37,969 bases of DNA from Candidatus Nomurabacteria bacterium (GTDB taxonomy: Bacteria; Patescibacteriota; Minisyncoccia; Phycocordibacterales; UBA5272): the NCBI GenBank assembly GCA_003518045.1, contig DOZK01000021.1:8975-46943 (forward strand), given 5' to 3'. Of the stretch, positions 16,262 to 26,553 are shown one piece after another (positions within the stretch are counted from its first letter, which is position 1; each line of letters starts with the position of its first letter). The position numbers and the translations under genes are program-made. Under the pieces are notes generated by a model. That model made no database searches. It saw only the letters and a program-made list of their open reading frames with translations, and had not been told where the DNA came from.

Positions 16262-18025
16262 TTAAATCTTTTTTGAAATTAAATAATTTCCTATTGCTAA
16301 ATGTGGAAGCCCAGAAAGCTCAAATGTACGAAGTGCATCATATGGTTTTTCTACATTTGGCTCACCATGCAAATTAAAACTAGTATTTAGAATACCGCCA
16401 GAACCAGTTAATTTCTCATATTCAGAAATTAATGCATGATATTCCGGATTAACTTCTTTCTTCACCATTTGTGGGCGTGAAGTTAAATCATAAGGATGAA
16501 GTGCTGCGATTAATTCTTTGTGGGCTAATTCTTTAGTTGGAAATGTAATTGCCATATATGGTGCATATTCGTCTTTATTCAAAATTAGATAATCATGTCT
16601 TCTCTCATATAAAAGTGAAGTTGCAAACGGCATCCAAAAATCTCTCCCTTTTATCATTTCATTAATTAATTTTACATTATCATGTGATGATGGATTAGCT
16701 AAAATGGAACGATTACCGAGGGCTCTTGCCCCCCACTCAGCACGACCTTTAAATCTTCCGACCACACTATTCCCAGCTAAAATCTCTGCAACTTTTTTCT
16801 CTATAGTATTTTCACTTTTTGGGTCAAAATATTTTACATCACATTTTTTACAAAATTCATATTCATCAATTACCTTTTTTATTTCTTCGTCAGAATACTC
16901 TCCACCTAAATATAGATGTTCCAACTTTTTTAAACCAGATAAATCATTTTTGTACAAAACAGAATAACCGTACAAAGCATTTCCTATTGAAAGTGATTCG
17001 TCCCCACAAGAAGGGACTAAGAGCAGTGAGTTTACTTCTGGCATTTCGGAAATATATTGATTCGCTTTCACATTCATAAATACTCCCCCACCAACAGCTA
17101 AATCACTACAATTGTATTTCTTCATAGCAAAACGTGCCATGTCTTTTACTATTTCCTCAGTAAGTTTTTGTATACCATATGCTAAAGAATCAAATCGATA
17201 TTGATAATAATCATTCGCTATTAAATACGGTGTCGCTCTTCTTGTATCTATTTTTGAAACCAACTGCATTGTATTTTCATCAAACCACAATATCTCTTTT
17301 AATTTTTCATAAACTTTTTCCCCTGAAGTTTTTTTTGCATAAGGCGCAAGACCCATTACTTTAAACTCATGCTCATTGCGAGACATTCCCAGTAAATCAA
17401 CAAAAGAAGCATACAAAAGTCCAAGTGAATTTCCTCTTTCAAAAATATGTAAAACTTTTATATCTCCATTTTCAAAAAGATTTATTGAACCACAAAAAGT
17501 ATCCCCCTCACCATCTAAAACAAAAATGATTCTACGCTTATTTTTATCTTCCATAAAAGGTAAAGATGCCCAAGCGTGAGATAGATGATGTGGAACTTCT
17601 ATGATAGACGCTCCAGGGAATTGCTCTTCTAAATATTTTTTAGTTTTCTTTTCTACTCCAGAAACAATAACTTTAAGTGAAAATAAAAAATCTTGTATTT
17701 TATATACGATTTTAATAAACGGCAATTTAACTGCAACGGCTTTTATAAACCATTTCCCTTTATTTATACGATTACGATAATCAGCATTATCTTTCGTAGT
17801 ATTCACAATATGAGCACCTAATTTTATTCCATCAACAAAAACATAATCAAATTTTTCTAAATTATATTTTTCTTTTATATATGCAAGAGAAAAATGTGGA
17901 AATCCAATGTGTTTCTTTTGACGAGAAAGACGCTCTTCTGACATCGATTCGACTATTTCCCCATCTTTCATAAGGGTTATAGTTGCATCATGTCCGAAAT
18001 TTACTCCCAGAATATAATCACTCAT
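16262..18025 (-). CDS. Carbamoyltransferase (NodU/CmcH family)
   Basis: 587 aa; ILGVNFGHDATITLMKDGEIV N-terminus, VPHHLSHAWAS His cluster, C-terminal NTSFNLHGEP. Confidence 0.85.
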   Translation of the reverse strand: MSDYILGVNFGHDATITLMKDGEIVESMSEERLSRQKKHIGFPHFSLAYIKEKYNLEKFDYVFVDGIKLGAHIVNTTKDNADYRNRINKGKWFIKAVAVKLPFIKIVYKIQDFLFSLKVIVSGVEKKTKKYLEEQFPGASIIEVPHHLSHAWASLPFMEDKNKRRIIFVLDGEGDTFCGSINLFENGDIKVLHIFERGNSLGLLYASFVDLLGMSRNEHEFKVMGLAPYAKKTSGEKVYEKLKEILWFDENTMQLVSKIDTRRATPYLIANDYYQYRFDSLAYGIQKLTEEIVKDMARFAMKKYNCSDLAVGGGVFMNVKANQYISEMPEVNSLLLVPSCGDESLSIGNALYGYSVLYKNDLSGLKKLEHLYLGGEYSDEEIKKVIDEYEFCKKCDVKYFDPKSENTIEKKVAEILAGNSVVGRFKGRAEWGARALGNRSILANPSSHDNVKLINEMIKGRDFWMPFATSLLYERRHDYLILNKDEYAPYMAITFPTKELAHKELIAALHPYDLTSRPQMVKKEVNPEYHALISEYEKLTGSGGILNTSFNLHGEPNVEKPYDALRTFELSGLPHLAIGNYLISKKI

Positions 18026-18063
18026 TAAAGACGATTATAGCATATTTATTTTACTTCTTTTCC

Positions 18064-18852
18064 TTATTTATCTATTGATAACCATTCGATATCTGAACGA
18101 ATTGTATTACTTTCAAACTCACTATTCTGATGAACTAAAAGAGGTACATACCCATATAAATGAAACCCGGCTTTCAAACGGGCCACGTTCGGCGTCCTAT
18201 CGGCACTCATACAGAGAGGGTTAGTAAGGGGTAGTAATTTCTTCGCCCCATCTAAAGTCAAAATATATGCTCCAGCATTATAAAGCGGTCTAAAGAAATA
18301 TTTTGGTCCTCTATATGAAATAATTTTTCTGGCAATAAAATCCCTAGAAGTTTCAAAGAAAGAAAGAAAGAACATATACGGTAATTTAATACAAGCATAA
18401 AAAAAGAAGCTTGGATTTTGTCTTATTGTTTTATATGTGGCGATAAGCCAAGATTTAAAAAAAATTAAACCCACATAACGATAATCAAATGAAAGCCAGT
18501 CCCATTTTTTATTTTTTTTATTAATTTCTCTTTCAACTATATCAATAAAATCTGGTGGAAGAATAGCATCGTCTTCCAAAATAACAGAATAAGGAATATT
18601 TTCTTTTATAATTTTTTCATAAATAAACGCATGCGAAAACGCACATCCCTTTTCCCCTGTTAAAAGAGATTTGCCTTGCTCCTTCAAAGTCTTCTCTTCA
18701 CTATATCTTTCTACAACCCTTTCATTATCACCATAAAATCCATCAATAATAGCATACTCTGCACCAATAAATTTTAAATGGCTTTCTATCTTCTGTTTGC
18801 GAGCTATATCTCTTGGCAAATTTATTACAAAAATAGGAAAAGATTGTTTCAT
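18064..18852 (-). CDS. Glycosyltransferase family 25-like
   Basis: 262 aa; FVINLPRDIARKQKIESHL...IDGFYG N-terminus typical of GT25; start overlaps the flippase stop (TAATG). Confidence 0.7.
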   Translation of the reverse strand: MKQSFPIFVINLPRDIARKQKIESHLKFIGAEYAIIDGFYGDNERVVERYSEEKTLKEQGKSLLTGEKGCAFSHAFIYEKIIKENIPYSVILEDDAILPPDFIDIVEREINKKNKKWDWLSFDYRYVGLIFFKSWLIATYKTIRQNPSFFFYACIKLPYMFFLSFFETSRDFIARKIISYRGPKYFFRPLYNAGAYILTLDGAKKLLPLTNPLCMSADRTPNVARLKAGFHLYGYVPLLVHQNSEFESNTIRSDIEWLSIDK

Positions 18853-20096
18853 TATTTTTTATTTTCTAAATTAAAATAAAATCCAAAGGCTGCCACCATA
18901 TAGGCAATAGATGTTGCAAGTGCTGTTCCTGTAAGTCCAAATCTCGGTGTTAAAACATAAACTAAAAAAATGTTTATAAATACAGCGAATCCGAATATAC
19001 CAATCTGATGATGCTGTCTATCACGAGCTCCATACATACCAAGGAAGAAATAATTCATAAACATAAAAGGAATAGATAGTGCGTAGGCCCGCAAAACAAC
19101 AACGGACTCAGCAAATCTTTCACCATATAAAATATGAATAGCTAATGGAGCAAAAACAATTATTCCAAGAGCAATAAGGCTACCCACTAAAAAATAAGAA
19201 GTCATAATTTTATGTAATTTCTTTTTTGATTCTTCATCTTTCTGTGTAGAAATATAAGCCATACGAGAAATAAGGGCAGCAGATAAAACCCCAGCCAGAA
19301 AATTTGGTACTTCTGCTATTTTTACTGCGGCTGAATAAATACCTAATGTATAAGCATTTGAAAATGTTGCAAGAATAAGTTGATCCACCCGAAGAAGTAG
19401 TTGCCAAAAAATAATCGCGATAATACTTAAACGAATAGAATACAAAAAAGAAATTGATTTAAAAAAAGAAGGAATTTCAAATGACTTTAAAAAGTGTTTC
19501 CATTCTGACATTCTAATTAAAATAATTAAAATTAATACACCACCAATTGCAGAATCAACTGCTGCCACAACGACAAAAGAATAAAGTGGGGATTTCAATA
19601 ATACAAGTACAATTTTAATTAAAAGCAGAGATACTGATGACACTATTTGTATCATCGACATAAATCTTGCCCTATCCGTTGCTGTTAAGTACAAAGAAAA
19701 AACACTTAATGAATTAATACATGCTGGTACAAGCATTATACTTATCATAAAGGCAATATCTCTTGGTAAAATAATCCATGCTGAAAATAATCCAAAAATT
19801 GTTAAAAGTAAATAAATAGAAAACTTATACCCTATAAACTGTTGTACATCTCTAAAATGATTATCACTCTTTGCTATTTTCCAAGTAAAATAAAAATCCA
19901 TTCCACCACCGACTGTTAAGAGCGTGCCTACATAATTTTGAACGAAACTATAAAGACCTAAATTAATTGGGCCAAGATAGCGAGTTACAATAATTGCACT
20001 CAAAAATGCAGACCCTTGTACCACAATTTGTGCAAAAGTATACCAAGACAATTGCTTAAAAATATCCTGCTTAAATAAGTTTTTGAATAGATTCAT
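18852..20096 (-). CDS. Polysaccharide flippase (Wzx/MOP superfamily-like)
   Basis: 414-aa polytopic membrane protein inside a glycan cluster; start overlaps the upstream gene by 26 nt. Confidence 0.7.
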   Translation of the reverse strand: MNLFKNLFKQDIFKQLSWYTFAQIVVQGSAFLSAIIVTRYLGPINLGLYSFVQNYVGTLLTVGGGMDFYFTWKIAKSDNHFRDVQQFIGYKFSIYLLLTIFGLFSAWIILPRDIAFMISIMLVPACINSLSVFSLYLTATDRARFMSMIQIVSSVSLLLIKIVLVLLKSPLYSFVVVAAVDSAIGGVLILIILIRMSEWKHFLKSFEIPSFFKSISFLYSIRLSIIAIIFWQLLLRVDQLILATFSNAYTLGIYSAAVKIAEVPNFLAGVLSAALISRMAYISTQKDEESKKKLHKIMTSYFLVGSLIALGIIVFAPLAIHILYGERFAESVVVLRAYALSIPFMFMNYFFLGMYGARDRQHHQIGIFGFAVFINIFLVYVLTPRFGLTGTALATSIAYMVAAFGFYFNLENKK

Positions 20097-20880
20097 TTTT
20101 GTATAATACCTCTAACCCCTTCCCTATATCATACCCAGTAATTCCTTTTTTAGAAAACTCATATACTAACTGTTTACTAGCTGGTCCGGTTGAAATTAAT
20201 AGTACAGGCTTTTCATCTTTTGGTACAGTCTTTAGTATTTCTTCTATATCACTATAAATTTTGCCATATGAAGCATAGGAATTTTCACTAGGAGTTTCTA
20301 CGAAAAAAACTTTTGTGAAAGGTATATTTTTATTTTCTTTAAAAGCTTGAATACTATTTTTATTACTAACGACTATTAAGTATTTATCCATCAAATATTC
20401 TTCTATATTTTCTTGAAAAAAATTATCATAGTAGAAAGCATGTGCATCTCCATATTTAACATTTTTTGGGAAAGCAATTTTATACATAACTTTAATAGGC
20501 ATCCAAGTATATAAATGTGCTATCCCTTTTTTGGGATCTAGTTTGGCTTCAGTGTTAGTCTCATTAACATAAATTTTAGCAAGACCAATAATATATGGCG
20601 CTGTATCCCTATAATTTTTTATTAATTCTCTAAAAGATTTTTCAAGATTTTTTTCATATCTTTGATAATGAATTCTACCACCATTTATAAGATGCATCTC
20701 CCCCTCATTCAAGCGAAGAAATGACCTTCCCTTTTTTATCTCTTTTACAAATTCTTCTTGATTAAAAAATTTAGTGCCAGCTATAAAAGAACCTTGGAAA
20801 AGATAGAAGCCATAAGCTAAAAGATAAACTGGGTGTTTATAGTATTTTCTTAAAAAATTAAGAATCCTAGAAATCTTCAT
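20071..20880 (-). CDS. Possible GT-D fold glycosyltransferase (DUF1792-like)
   Basis: RLNEGEMHL (compare RxGDGE) and C-terminal LLISTGPASKQLVYEFSKKGITGYDIGKG resemble DUF1792. Recalled from memory; needs an HMM check. Confidence 0.5.
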   Translation of the reverse strand: MKISRILNFLRKYYKHPVYLLAYGFYLFQGSFIAGTKFFNQEEFVKEIKKGRSFLRLNEGEMHLINGGRIHYQRYEKNLEKSFRELIKNYRDTAPYIIGLAKIYVNETNTEAKLDPKKGIAHLYTWMPIKVMYKIAFPKNVKYGDAHAFYYDNFFQENIEEYLMDKYLIVVSNKNSIQAFKENKNIPFTKVFFVETPSENSYASYGKIYSDIEEILKTVPKDEKPVLLISTGPASKQLVYEFSKKGITGYDIGKGLEVLYKNESIQKLI

Positions 20881-20936
20881 ATATAAAGGATTCTATCACA
20901 TTTTTTCTATTAAATATATGATAAAATGAAACTAAT

Positions 20937-21875
20937 ATGAAAAAAGTTGCTCTCATAACTGTAACTTATAATGCAGAAAAAAACTTATCTTTTTTCCTGC
21001 CTTCTCTTATAAAAAATAGAGAAATTTTATCTGGTATATTTTTTGTAGATAATAATTCTAAAGATAAGACTTTAAAAGAGTTAGAAAATTTTAAAGAAAC
21101 TCAAAGAGAAAATTTTGATATTGATATTACTTCAAATGATGAAAATTATGGTTATGCTTATGCTATAAATATGGGAATACAAAAAGCCTTAGAGACTGGA
21201 TATGATTATTTCTGTATTACAAATAATGATTTAATTTTTGAAGAAGGATTTTTCTCGCAAATGTTGGAAGATGCCGTCCATAATAATATAGACGCGCTAG
21301 GTGTGCCAGCTAGTATAAATGAAAATGAATTAGGACTTGGATACAAATTAGATAATGAAACTTTTTTACTAAAAGAAAGTTCGCCACTGTTAAGAAATAA
21401 AATTGCTGAGGAAATATTAAAAAACCCCCTACCTCAAATAGATGCGCCTCATGGCGGAACTATTTTATTTAGTAGATTTTTCTTTGATGAAATTGGGTTA
21501 TATGACCATCATTTATTTTTTGGTGGAGATGAATTAGATTTTTTGTATAGAATTACAGCCCATAATACCGTACACACTCCAAAAATAAAATGTGCTGTAT
21601 CATTGAAATCATTTCTTTTAATTGATAATTTAAGTAAGCATAATTCCGGACACAAAATTATAAAAGCTCGTGGAATGCTTCAAGGAAATGCACGGGTAAA
21701 TTTAAAACATAGATTTACTCCGCTACACATAGGACTATATAAAGAACAACATAAATTAATACGGGGTTTGTCTAAAGGTAAAATTATTAGATATTTAGCT
21801 TTATACTTTTTTGCATTCCGTGGACTATGTATAGAAATATGTAAATATTACTACGAAGCACTTTGGAGGAATTAA
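20937..21875 (+). CDS. Glycosyltransferase family 2
   Basis: 312 aa; VALITVTYNAEKNL...FFVDNNSKD GT2 N-terminal blocks; divergent from the main cluster. Confidence 0.75.
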   Translation: MKKVALITVTYNAEKNLSFFLPSLIKNREILSGIFFVDNNSKDKTLKELENFKETQRENFDIDITSNDENYGYAYAINMGIQKALETGYDYFCITNNDLIFEEGFFSQMLEDAVHNNIDALGVPASINENELGLGYKLDNETFLLKESSPLLRNKIAEEILKNPLPQIDAPHGGTILFSRFFFDEIGLYDHHLFFGGDELDFLYRITAHNTVHTPKIKCAVSLKSFLLIDNLSKHNSGHKIIKARGMLQGNARVNLKHRFTPLHIGLYKEQHKLIRGLSKGKIIRYLALYFFAFRGLCIEICKYYYEALWRN

Positions 21876-22891
21876 TTCTTTATAAAGACAGCGCACATAC
21901 CATACATATATCTAGTCGGCGTTTTATTTTTTTGCAAAAATCTTAAATTATGATAGAAAATTACTAATTTCATATATAACCAAGCCGGTATTATACTCAT
22001 AACTTTTTCTTTATACCCCTTCTTCCTAAGATTTATTAAGTGCCCATCTTTATCTACAACCTGTCCTTTATTTGGTGCTGTATTTGCTGTTCCTAAATTA
22101 ACACTCCAGACTTTATTTTTTGTATATTCTGTAAAATCAATAAAAGAAACTACAGCATTATTTTTCATACCAACTTCCTTTATCCCTTTTTCTGTAAACC
22201 ACCACAAATGCTCTGGCGCTGGATTTGTCTCCCAAATAGTACCAGTCGGGTGAATATCTTTTATTGGTGTAGTAATAATTAAGGTACCACCCGGCTTTAA
22301 CATATTCATTATATTTTTAACAAAAAGATTTGGGTCAACAACATGTTCAATAACTTCTGTAGCAACAATGACGTCATAAACAGACAAATGATTTAATGAA
22401 AAATCTTCTACTGTACCTTGAAAAAATTTTTTACCATAAAAATTATTTGCAAAATCAGTGGCAGTATCTGAATAATCAAGTCCTTCACAATCATATCCTG
22501 CTTTATTAAAAGCATAAGTTAAATATCCAAGACCAGAACCAACTTCTAGCATTTTTGCCCCATTATTTATTTTTCTATCTTTAATAGCTTTTATTACACC
22601 CCAAAATATCGCACTATAATTAGAGAGGTCTTTTAATGGATTACTTAATTTCTTTACACCATTGGCTAAATAATAATAGTAATTATAGCCAGCATCTTTA
22701 GTTGTATCACCACCATAAATAATGTCGTATTGCTCTTTCAAATTACTCATTGGGTCAACAAAAGATGACTGACAATTTTTACATTCGTAAACATTAAATT
22801 TTGTACCTTTTACGTAGCCTTCCATCCCACGAAAAGTCATATCTGCGAGTGAATCACAAAGAGTGCATAAATGTTTATTTTCTATATCCAT
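21872..22891 (-). CDS. Class I SAM-dependent methyltransferase with N-terminal zinc-ribbon
   Basis: CTLCDS...CKNCQS cysteine pairs, then SAM motif I MLEVGSGLGYLT; its stop codon overlaps the stop of the convergent GT2 gene. Confidence 0.75.
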   Translation of the reverse strand: MDIENKHLCTLCDSLADMTFRGMEGYVKGTKFNVYECKNCQSSFVDPMSNLKEQYDIIYGGDTTKDAGYNYYYYLANGVKKLSNPLKDLSNYSAIFWGVIKAIKDRKINNGAKMLEVGSGLGYLTYAFNKAGYDCEGLDYSDTATDFANNFYGKKFFQGTVEDFSLNHLSVYDVIVATEVIEHVVDPNLFVKNIMNMLKPGGTLIITTPIKDIHPTGTIWETNPAPEHLWWFTEKGIKEVGMKNNAVVSFIDFTEYTKNKVWSVNLGTANTAPNKGQVVDKDGHLINLRKKGYKEKVMSIIPAWLYMKLVIFYHNLRFLQKNKTPTRYMYGMCAVFIKN

Positions 22892-22989
22892 GGAAAGAAT
22901 AATAGCAATATTTTTATCTTAAACCAAACTATTTCATACATTTTCCATATTTCTTTTAATAGTGCTAATATAGAGTTATATTTTATTTT

Positions 22990-23937
22990 ATGAAGAAAAA
23001 AATTCTTGTTACGGGAGGACTTGGACAGGTTGGATCAGAATTGGTACCTGCACTAGAAAAGAAGTATGGTAAAAATAGCGTGATTATTCTTGATAAAAAA
23101 GAAAACCTGGTTTATAAGGGTTTATATGTTAAGGGTGATGTTGTTAATAAAAAACTTATAGAAGACACCGTAAAAAAATATAAAATTACTGAGATATATC
23201 ATTTGGCCTCTCTTCTTTCTGTTACCGGGGAACAAAATCCAGAACTTGCTTGGTCTGTCAACATTGAAGGACTAAGAAATATTTTAGAATGCGCAAGAAT
23301 ATATAATCTTAAAGTTTTTTGGCCAAGCTCTATAGCTGTATTTGGAATGACAACTCCACAAGATGAAACTCCTCAAAAAACAATTCTTGAGCCAACGACT
23401 ATTTATGGTGTAACTAAAGTCTCTGGTGAACTTCTTTGCCAATATTATTTTAAAAAATATAAAGTAGATGTTAGAAGCGTTCGTTATCCTGGAATAATAA
23501 GTTGGAAGACTCTTCCTGGTGGCGGTACAACTGATTACGCGATAGATATATTTTGGCACGCTCTTAGTACAGGAAATTACACTTGCTTTTTAAATAAAAA
23601 TACGGCTCTTCCAATGATGTATATTGATGATGCCATTAAAGCAACTATCGATATTATGGGGGTTGATGCGAAAAAAATAACAATTCGTACAAGTTATAAT
23701 ATTTCTAGTTTTAGTTGTACTCCAGAATTATTGGCTACGGCAATACGCAAACAAAATATTCCGCTTAAAATGAAACACGCTACTGACATCAGGCAATCAA
23801 TTGCAGACTCTTGGCCAAACTCCATTGATGATAGGCAGGCTAAAAAAGACTGGAAATGGAAACCCGTCTTTGATATTAAAAAAACGGTTAAGGAAATGCT
23901 ATCTGGCGTGACAAAAATGCAAAGCAATAAAAATTAA
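22990..23937 (+). CDS. tdh: L-threonine 3-dehydrogenase (SDR / epimerase-fold type)
   Basis: ILVTGGLGQVGSELV Rossmann motif, YGVTKVSGE (YxxxK), immediately upstream of kbl. Confidence 0.75.
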   Translation: MKKKILVTGGLGQVGSELVPALEKKYGKNSVIILDKKENLVYKGLYVKGDVVNKKLIEDTVKKYKITEIYHLASLLSVTGEQNPELAWSVNIEGLRNILECARIYNLKVFWPSSIAVFGMTTPQDETPQKTILEPTTIYGVTKVSGELLCQYYFKKYKVDVRSVRYPGIISWKTLPGGGTTDYAIDIFWHALSTGNYTCFLNKNTALPMMYIDDAIKATIDIMGVDAKKITIRTSYNISSFSCTPELLATAIRKQNIPLKMKHATDIRQSIADSWPNSIDDRQAKKDWKWKPVFDIKKTVKEMLSGVTKMQSNKN

Positions 23938-23941
23938 AAAC

Positions 23942-25150
23942 ATGTCATATAAAAAAGCACAAAAAATATACGCAGATGTTATTAACGAAATAAAAGAGAG
24001 CGGTTTGTATAAAGATGAATATATAATCACCTCCCCTCAAGGTGGAGAAATATCTGTACAGTTTCCACAAGGCTCAATTAACAAAAATGTTCTTAATTTT
24101 TGTTCAAATAATTATTTAGGATTAGCTTCACATAAGGATGTTATAGCTGCCGCGAAAAATGGATTAGATAATTATGGATTTGGATTAAGCTCTGTACGTT
24201 TTATTTGTGGCACACAAGACCTCCACAAAAAGCTCGAGGAACAGGTCTCTTCATTTTTAGGAAAAGAGGATACTATTTTATTTAGTTCTTGCTTTGATGC
24301 TAACGCTGCTATATTTGAAGTTTTACTTAATGAAGAGGATGCAATTTTTTCTGACCAATTAGTACATGCCTCCATTATCGATGGTGAACGTCTTGCGAAA
24401 AAAGTTGAGCGATTGATTTACCCACACTCTGACATGGTAGAACTCGAAAAAATGCTCGCAAATTCTAATTCAAGAATAAAAATGATTGTTACAGATGGAG
24501 TATTTTCTATGGACGGAGATATGGCAAAATTAGATGAAATAGTGACGCTCGCCGAAAAATATGAAGCGCTAGTTTTTGTAGATGATTCTCATGCTACGGG
24601 ATTAATAGGAAATACTGGTCGTGGTACTCCAGAATATTTTAATGTCATAGATAAAGTAGACATTATCTCTACAACATTTGGGAAGGCATTGGGGGGAGCA
24701 AATGGTGGTTGTATTTCTGGAAAAAAAGAAATTATTTCTCTACTTCGCCAACGAGCAAGACCTTATCTTTTCTCAAATACACTTATGCCAGCTGTTGTTT
24801 CTGCCACAATTAAAGTCTTAGAAATTATAGATAAAGATTTTACTCTTAAAGAAAAACTAATACGAATGTCTGAGTACTGGCGTGCATCATTAATTAATTT
24901 AGGGTTTGATATAAAAAATGGAAATACTCCAATTATTCCTGTTATGCTATATGATGCAAAGCTTGCACAAGATTTTGCCAGAGAACTTTTTAATGAGGGT
25001 GTTTATGTAAGAGGATTTTTTTACCCTGTTGTCGCACAAGGACAAGCTAGAATACGAACGCAGATTTCGGCGTCTCTTACTGAAGAAGATTTAGAAAAAG
25101 CATTATTCGCTTTTAAAAAAGTTGGAATTAAGCTGGGTGTTATTAAATAA
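23942..25150 (+). CDS. kbl: Glycine C-acetyltransferase (2-amino-3-ketobutyrate CoA ligase)
   Basis: NFCSNNYLGLASH, DDSHATG and PLP-lysine block TFGKALGG. Confidence 0.9.
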   Translation: MSYKKAQKIYADVINEIKESGLYKDEYIITSPQGGEISVQFPQGSINKNVLNFCSNNYLGLASHKDVIAAAKNGLDNYGFGLSSVRFICGTQDLHKKLEEQVSSFLGKEDTILFSSCFDANAAIFEVLLNEEDAIFSDQLVHASIIDGERLAKKVERLIYPHSDMVELEKMLANSNSRIKMIVTDGVFSMDGDMAKLDEIVTLAEKYEALVFVDDSHATGLIGNTGRGTPEYFNVIDKVDIISTTFGKALGGANGGCISGKKEIISLLRQRARPYLFSNTLMPAVVSATIKVLEIIDKDFTLKEKLIRMSEYWRASLINLGFDIKNGNTPIIPVMLYDAKLAQDFARELFNEGVYVRGFFYPVVAQGQARIRTQISASLTEEDLEKALFAFKKVGIKLGVIK

Positions 25151-25240
25151 TTTTTAAAATTTAAATAAGGACTTAAACCAAGTGATTAGGCGGGTGTCTT
25201 TGGCTTTGATTACAAGGTTTGTTAAAAGGGTTGCACTTAG
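25151..25240 (-). pseudogene. Orphan 3' end fragment of an LTD-family gene (paralog of 26891..28276)
   Basis: 25151..25201 matches 26888..26938 at 50 of 51 positions. Minus-strand translation reads ...SATLLTNLVIKAKDTRLITWFKSLFKF-stop, against ...SATLLTNQSSKPKDTRLITWFKSLFKF-stop in the intact gene. No ORF continues upstream. Confidence 0.7.
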
Positions 25241-25399
25241 AGTTAGAACTCTGGTGAGACTCATAATCATCTTAAAACATGTCTTTTTTTGTATCACTGT
25301 GATACAAAAAATTAAAAAAGTCTTATATTAAGTTAAATTTATAAAAATAACATGAAAAAAAACATTGGAAAATATAGATATTTTACCAAAAAAAGGAAT

Positions 25400-25434
25400 T
25401 TGCTTTTTTTCTGGCAATTTCCTATAATATAGGT
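25400..25434 (+). promoter_or_regulatory. Sigma70-like promoter giving a leaderless mRNA for the AAA+ gene
   Basis: TTGCTT (25400..25405), 17-nt spacer, TATAAT (25423..25428), then 6 nt to the ATG at 25435; no SD. Confidence 0.6.
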
Positions 25435-26553
25435 ATGACTACTTTCAATCGCTCAATAGAGCCAAGAATTAAATCATTACTTTTCAAAAAAAGAGCGATT
25501 CTAATTTTTGGTCCACGTCAGGCTGGCAAAACCACATTGGCAAAAAAAATTCTCTCTGAGTTTGGTGATTCTGGAGAATATTTCAACTGTGAAACAGCTA
25601 GTGTACGTAAACACTTTGTTATTGGTAACCCCGATATATTAAAAGAACTCATTGGGAATAAAAAAATTGTTGTTTTTGATGAAGCTCAAACAATTCAAAA
25701 TATAGGAGCTATTTTAAAAGTTTTTATTGACACCTATCCAGATGTACAAATAATAACAACGGGTTCGTCTTCATTTGATCTTGCAAACAAAATAAATGAA
25801 CCTCTAACGGGAAGATCCTTTGAATTTACCTTATACCCTCTTTCTCTTTCAGAAATATGTAAAATAAAAAAAATCTCTAGAGACGAATTTAATGAATACT
25901 TACGTCTGGGTGTTTATCCAGCTATAGTAGGAGAAGATGATGTAAATACACGTGAAAATCTTTTAAAAAACATTACTACAAATTATCTTTATAAAGATGT
26001 ATATATTTTTGAATCAATACGCAACCCACAAATTTTCGAAGATTTATTAAAATTACTAGCATACCAGATCGGACAAATTGTATCTATAAATGAACTCTCT
26101 AAATCACTTGGCACAAGTCGAACAACTGTCCAAAAATATTTAACTCTTTTAGAACAGTCTTATGTTATACAACGAGTGTATTCTTTCTCTCGTAATCATC
26201 GTAACGAGCTAAAGAAAGCTTTTAAAGTTTTTTTCCTTGATACAGGGATTCGTAATGCCATAATAGACGCCCTCGAAACTCCGTTTGAAGACCGTGTCGA
26301 TAAAGGTGTTTTGTTTGAAAATTTTTGTATTGCTGAACAATGGAAAACAGGTTCTCTGGAAACATTCCCACCAAAAATATATTTTTGGAGAACTGATACA
26401 AAACTAGAAATTGATATTATTAAAGTTACCAATCAAAAAATTGAAGCTATAGAATGTAAATGGAGTACTCAAGATGTATCTTTTAAAACATTCTTAAAAA
26501 AATATCCAGCTGCAACCACAAAAGTAATGACTCCTAGTGATTTAATATCTTAA
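25435..26553 (+). CDS. AAA+ ATPase with C-terminal PD-(D/E)xK-like domain (COG1373 / DUF4143 type)
   Basis: Walker A GPRQAGKTT, Walker B VVFDEAQ, C-terminal EIDII...EAIECKWS nuclease-like motif. Confidence 0.8.
   Translation: MTTFNRSIEPRIKSLLFKKRAILIFGPRQAGKTTLAKKILSEFGDSGEYFNCETASVRKHFVIGNPDILKELIGNKKIVVFDEAQTIQNIGAILKVFIDTYPDVQIITTGSSSFDLANKINEPLTGRSFEFTLYPLSLSEICKIKKISRDEFNEYLRLGVYPAIVGEDDVNTRENLLKNITTNYLYKDVYIFESIRNPQIFEDLLKLLAYQIGQIVSINELSKSLGTSRTTVQKYLTLLEQSYVIQRVYSFSRNHRNELKKAFKVFFLDTGIRNAIIDALETPFEDRVDKGVLFENFCIAEQWKTGSLETFPPKIYFWRTDTKLEIDIIKVTNQKIEAIECKWSTQDVSFKTFLKKYPAATTKVMTPSDLIS

Noticed and set aside
4437-17579. Numerous 60-110-aa antisense or out-of-frame ORFs inside the glycan-cluster genes (for example 4437..4628, 6903..7109, 8094..8402, 10116..10319, 11424..11723, 11928..12257, 12582..12785, 15645..15908, 16704..17079, 17179..17579)
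   Set aside because: Each is nested within a longer ORF that has clear family motifs. Their products are low-complexity and typical of AT-rich antisense frames.
25284-25311. Palindrome TTTTTTTGTATC-ACTGT-GATACAAAAAAA as the kbl terminator
   Set aside because: The T-run precedes rather than follows the stem on the plus strand, and the mirror situation holds on the minus strand. It is therefore not a canonical intrinsic terminator and is noted only as a hairpin.
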